From: Camelus dromedarius
Taxonomy: Eukaryota
Assembly: GCF_036321535.1 (NCBI RefSeq)
Contig: NC_087437.1
Coordinates: 40,550,001 to 40,614,000, forward strand
DNA length: 64,000 bases
Direction: 5' to 3'
Shown: positions 62,065 to 64,000 of the stretch, piece by piece
How positions within the stretch are numbered: the first letter of the stretch is position 1
Layout: each line of letters starts with the position of its first letter
The notes under the pieces: model-generated
What the model saw: only the letters and a program-made list of their open reading frames with translations
Database searches by the model: none
What the model was told of the DNA's origin: nothing
Made by a program: the position numbers and the translations under genes

Positions 62065-64000
62065 AAAAAATTGTTGATATAATTCATATACCATAAAACT
62101 TACCCTTTTAGAGTGTACAATTCAGTGGTTTTTAGTAAATTCACAGAGGTATGCAATGATCACAACGTTTAGTTTCAGAACATTTCGTCACCCACAAAAG
62201 AAAACCTGTAATCCAGTAGAAGTTATTCTCCATTCTCCCTTTTCCACTAGCCTCTGTCAACCACTAATACATTTTCTGTTTTTGTGGGTTTGTCTGTTTT
62301 GGACATTTCTTGTAAGAGAGATCATACAACATGTGGCCTTTTGTCTAGCTTCTTGCACTAAACATAGTGTTTTCTCAGTCCATGTTTTAGCATGTGTTAG
62401 TAATTCTTCCCTTTTTATGGCTTAATAACATTCTGTTGTATGGATGGATATACTACATTTTGTTTATCCATTCATCAGTTGATGGACATTTGGATGTACA
62501 CTTTTCAGCTGTTATGACTAATGCTGTTTTGAAGACTTATGTGCAAGTTTAATGTGGACATAGGTTTTCATTTCTCTTGGGTATGTATTTAGGAGTGGAA
62601 TTGCTAGATCATATGGTAACTCTATGTTTAATGTCTTAAGGGACTGCCAGACTATTTTCCAAAGCTGTTGCACCATTTTCATTTCTACCAGCAGCTTCTC
62701 AGGATTCTAATTTCTGCACATTTTTGCCAACACTTGTTATTGTTTGTCTTTGATTATAGCCATTCTAGTAGTTGTTAAGTGGTATCTCATAGTTTTGATT
62801 TGCAATTCTCCAGTGACTAATGATAATGAGTATCTTTTCATGCTTTTATTGAACATTTCAAATCTTTGGAAAAGTGCCTATTGAGATCTTGTGCCTATTT
62901 TTAAGTAGGGTTATTTGTCTCTTTACTATTGAGTTATAGGAGTTCTTTATTCATTCTGGGTACTAGACCCTTATCTACATGATATGCCATTCTGTCAATT
63001 GCCTTTTCACTTCCTTGTTAGTGTCCTTTGAAGAACAAAAGTTTTAGATTCTGATGGAGTCCAGTTTAGTTTTTCTTTGATTGCTTACTTTAGGTGTCAT
63101 GTCTAAGAAACCATTGCCTAGTCCAAGCTTACAAAGATTTACAGTTAAGAGTTTTGGCTCTTACATTTAAGTCTGTGATCCATTTTGAGTTAATTTTTAT
63201 GTAAGGTATGAACTTCAACCTCATTCTCTGTATATAGGTACAGTTGTCCCAACACTGTTGAAAAGACTGCTCTTTCCCAATTGAACTGTCTTGGCACCAT
63301 TGTTGAAAACCAGTTGCCCATAAAAGTATGAGTTTATTTCTGGACTCAATCCTTATGCCGGTACTGCACACAGTTTTGATTTCTGTAGCTTTGTAATGAG
63401 CTTTCAAATTGGAGATTGTGAGTCCTCCAACTTTATTGTTCTTTTTCAAGATTGTTTTGGCTATTTTGGCTTCCTTTTATTTCCATATGAGTTTTAGAAT
63501 CAGCTTGTCTATTTCTGCCATGAAGCCAGTTGGGATTTTGATAGAGATTGCACTAAAAACATAGATCAGTTTGGGGGTGTTTTACCATTTATCATTGTCC
63601 CTTTGGGCTGCTATAACAAAAATACCATAGGCTGAGTGGCTGACACCACAAACATTTATTTTTCACAGTCTAGAGGCTGGGAAATCCAAGATCAAGGCAC
63701 CAACAGATTTGGTCTGGCAAGGACCTGCTACCTGGTTCATAGATGGCTGTCTTTTCACTGTCTTCTGCGTGGTTAAATGGTAGAGCTCTCTGAAATCTCT
63801 TTTTAAGGTCATAAATCCCATGATGGGGGCTCTTATGACCCTTGTGACCTAATTACCTCCCAAAGGCCCCACCTCCTAAACCATCACATTGGGGGTTACG
63901 ATTTCAACATGTGAATTTTGAAAGTCACTGACATTCAGATCATGATAGCATCTTAACAATATTAAGTCTTCCAATCCACGAACATGGGATGCCTTTCCAT
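62065..64000 (-). mobile_element. L1M (L1MB-like) fragment running off the window
   Basis: Minus-strand ORF with L1 ORF2 motifs (KKNNKVGGLTISNLKAHYKATEIKTV; INSKWITDLNVR). Confidence 0.9.
63590..63950 (-). mobile_element. MLT1A-like solo LTR nested in L1
   Basis: gggctgctataacaaaaataccatagg...ctaattacctcccaaaggccccacctcct...acattcagatcatgatagca; L1 sequence resumes at tcttaacaatattaagtcttcc. Confidence 0.85.

Overview
Mammalian genomic DNA, most likely a camelid. This rests on Vic-1-like tRNA-derived SINEs and camelid-type young L1 3' ends, with no Alu, Bov-tA/BovB or PRE-1 recognised. Both genes lie on the + strand. (1) The 3' part of PRKCI (atypical PKC iota): eight coding exons (human-equivalent exons 11-18, 289-15192) and a ~2.5 kb 3'UTR. 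(2) After ~26 kb of repeat-rich intergenic DNA, the 5' part of SKIL (SnoN): CpG-island promoter (~43.85-45.45 kb), a non-coding first exon and coding exons 2-4; the gene continues past the window. This is the conserved PRKCI-SKIL synteny of human 3q26. I found no evidence for a wholly new gene system. The strongest observations are regulatory and splicing-level: apparent loss of the internal donor that makes SnoN2, a dense Smad-element cluster with a perfect GGCGCC-N5-GTCTG composite in the SKIL promoter, a GC-AG intron, a conserved SnoI stop, a strong cryptic donor behind PRKCI exon 15, and several young insertions with perfect TSDs. Repeat family names and comparisons to human/mouse come from recall, not from searches; repeat boundaries are approximate.
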